Source of the DNA: Azolla caroliniana
Lineage: Eukaryota; Plantae; Polypodiophyta
Assembly (NCBI GenBank): GCA_043228905.1
Contig: JBHGNT010000007.1
Coordinates: forward strand, 15,314,001-15,378,000
DNA length: 64,000 bases
Reading direction: 5' to 3'
This document shows positions 63,439 to 64,000 of the stretch, in pieces; the first letter of the stretch is position 1; every line of letters begins with the position of its first letter. The position numbers were made by a program, and so were the translations under genes. The notes under the pieces are model-generated. The model searched no databases, was not told the origin of the DNA, and saw only the letters and a list, made by a program, of their open reading frames with translations.

Positions 63439-64000
63439 GTTATGCAACTAAAAATAGATTCAACGAAAAGAAAAGTTATGCAACTAAAAGTAGAGGCCTG
63501 ATCAACGAGGAACTCCATATATAATTCCATTTTTTTCCCTATATTCATATGCTCTCTCCATATTATATTGTTCTTCTTTTCCTTCGGAGCTCTCTTATCT
63601 TATCGAAGCCAAGAACCCTAAATTTCCTTACGGAAGTCATAAACCCTAATTTCCTAATCAAAGCCATATAACTCAAAAACCCTAATTTTCGAATTGAAGC
63701 TAAAAACCCTAATATTCTAATTAAATCCATATTTCATTTCTTCTAATCTATTACTCTAGTCATCTCCGTTAGCAAATTTTTGTAATCCCAATCTTGGGAT
63801 TAATTGTAATCTTTCTTTCCCTTTATTAATGAAATTTGTGAATCTTTATCATTTTGTATTAATTGTTTAATATAATCATACGAATATGATATCTTTCGGT
63901 TGGAGGCCCCGAGGTCCTACCTCAAAGTTCACGTATCCTCGTTGTATTTTCGCGACAACGCTGTAATCCCATATAATGGAATGAGAGGCAAGAGTGATTG

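Larger units (their letters stand above)
48300..63957 (+). mobile_element. Large Gypsy element with nested chromovirus, solo LTR and LINE; integrase end missing
   Basis: 5' LTR (start approximate) ends TTTTCGCGACA at 55221; PBS-like TCTTTGGTGAACCCGACGTGA; gag-PR 55275-57454 (CVWCDSFEHSRREC, LIDHGSE); RT/RH/INT 57520-60480 (FLDDIP); partial 3' LTR ~63439-63957. Confidence 0.85.

Overview
Eukaryotic, repeat-saturated window that reads as plant DNA, most likely a moss-type genome (inferred from the retroelement families and GT-AG introns). No ordinary host gene is visible. Almost all 64 kb is a stack of nested Copia and Gypsy LTR retrotransposons, solo and partial LTRs, and one LINE. The standout is a TIR DNA transposon family with 4-bp TSDs. 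A 9.15-kb copy (3135-12286, TSD AGAT) sits in inverted orientation inside a ~2.8-kb non-coding relative (2911-14829, TSD CTAC), which itself split a Copia RT. The large copy carries two divergent genes: a Sola-like DDD transposase of ~926 codons with a BAH-like C-terminus, and a six-exon spliced gene of ~975 codons fusing a ParB/Srx-like domain to a bacterial-type beta-class N6-adenine/N4-cytosine DNA methyltransferase (motifs ADIPY ... PYQKP ... DLFSSTGTT). Intron 1 of that gene holds eight 23-bp palindromes at an exact 51-bp period, and the same palindrome recurs in the non-coding relative. Both genes are disabled in this copy by a few lesions. Secondary signals are Tf1-style self-priming and a -1 frameshift pseudoknot in a young chromovirus, tRNA/Pol III-like boxes inside several LTRs, and a recombinant Copia.
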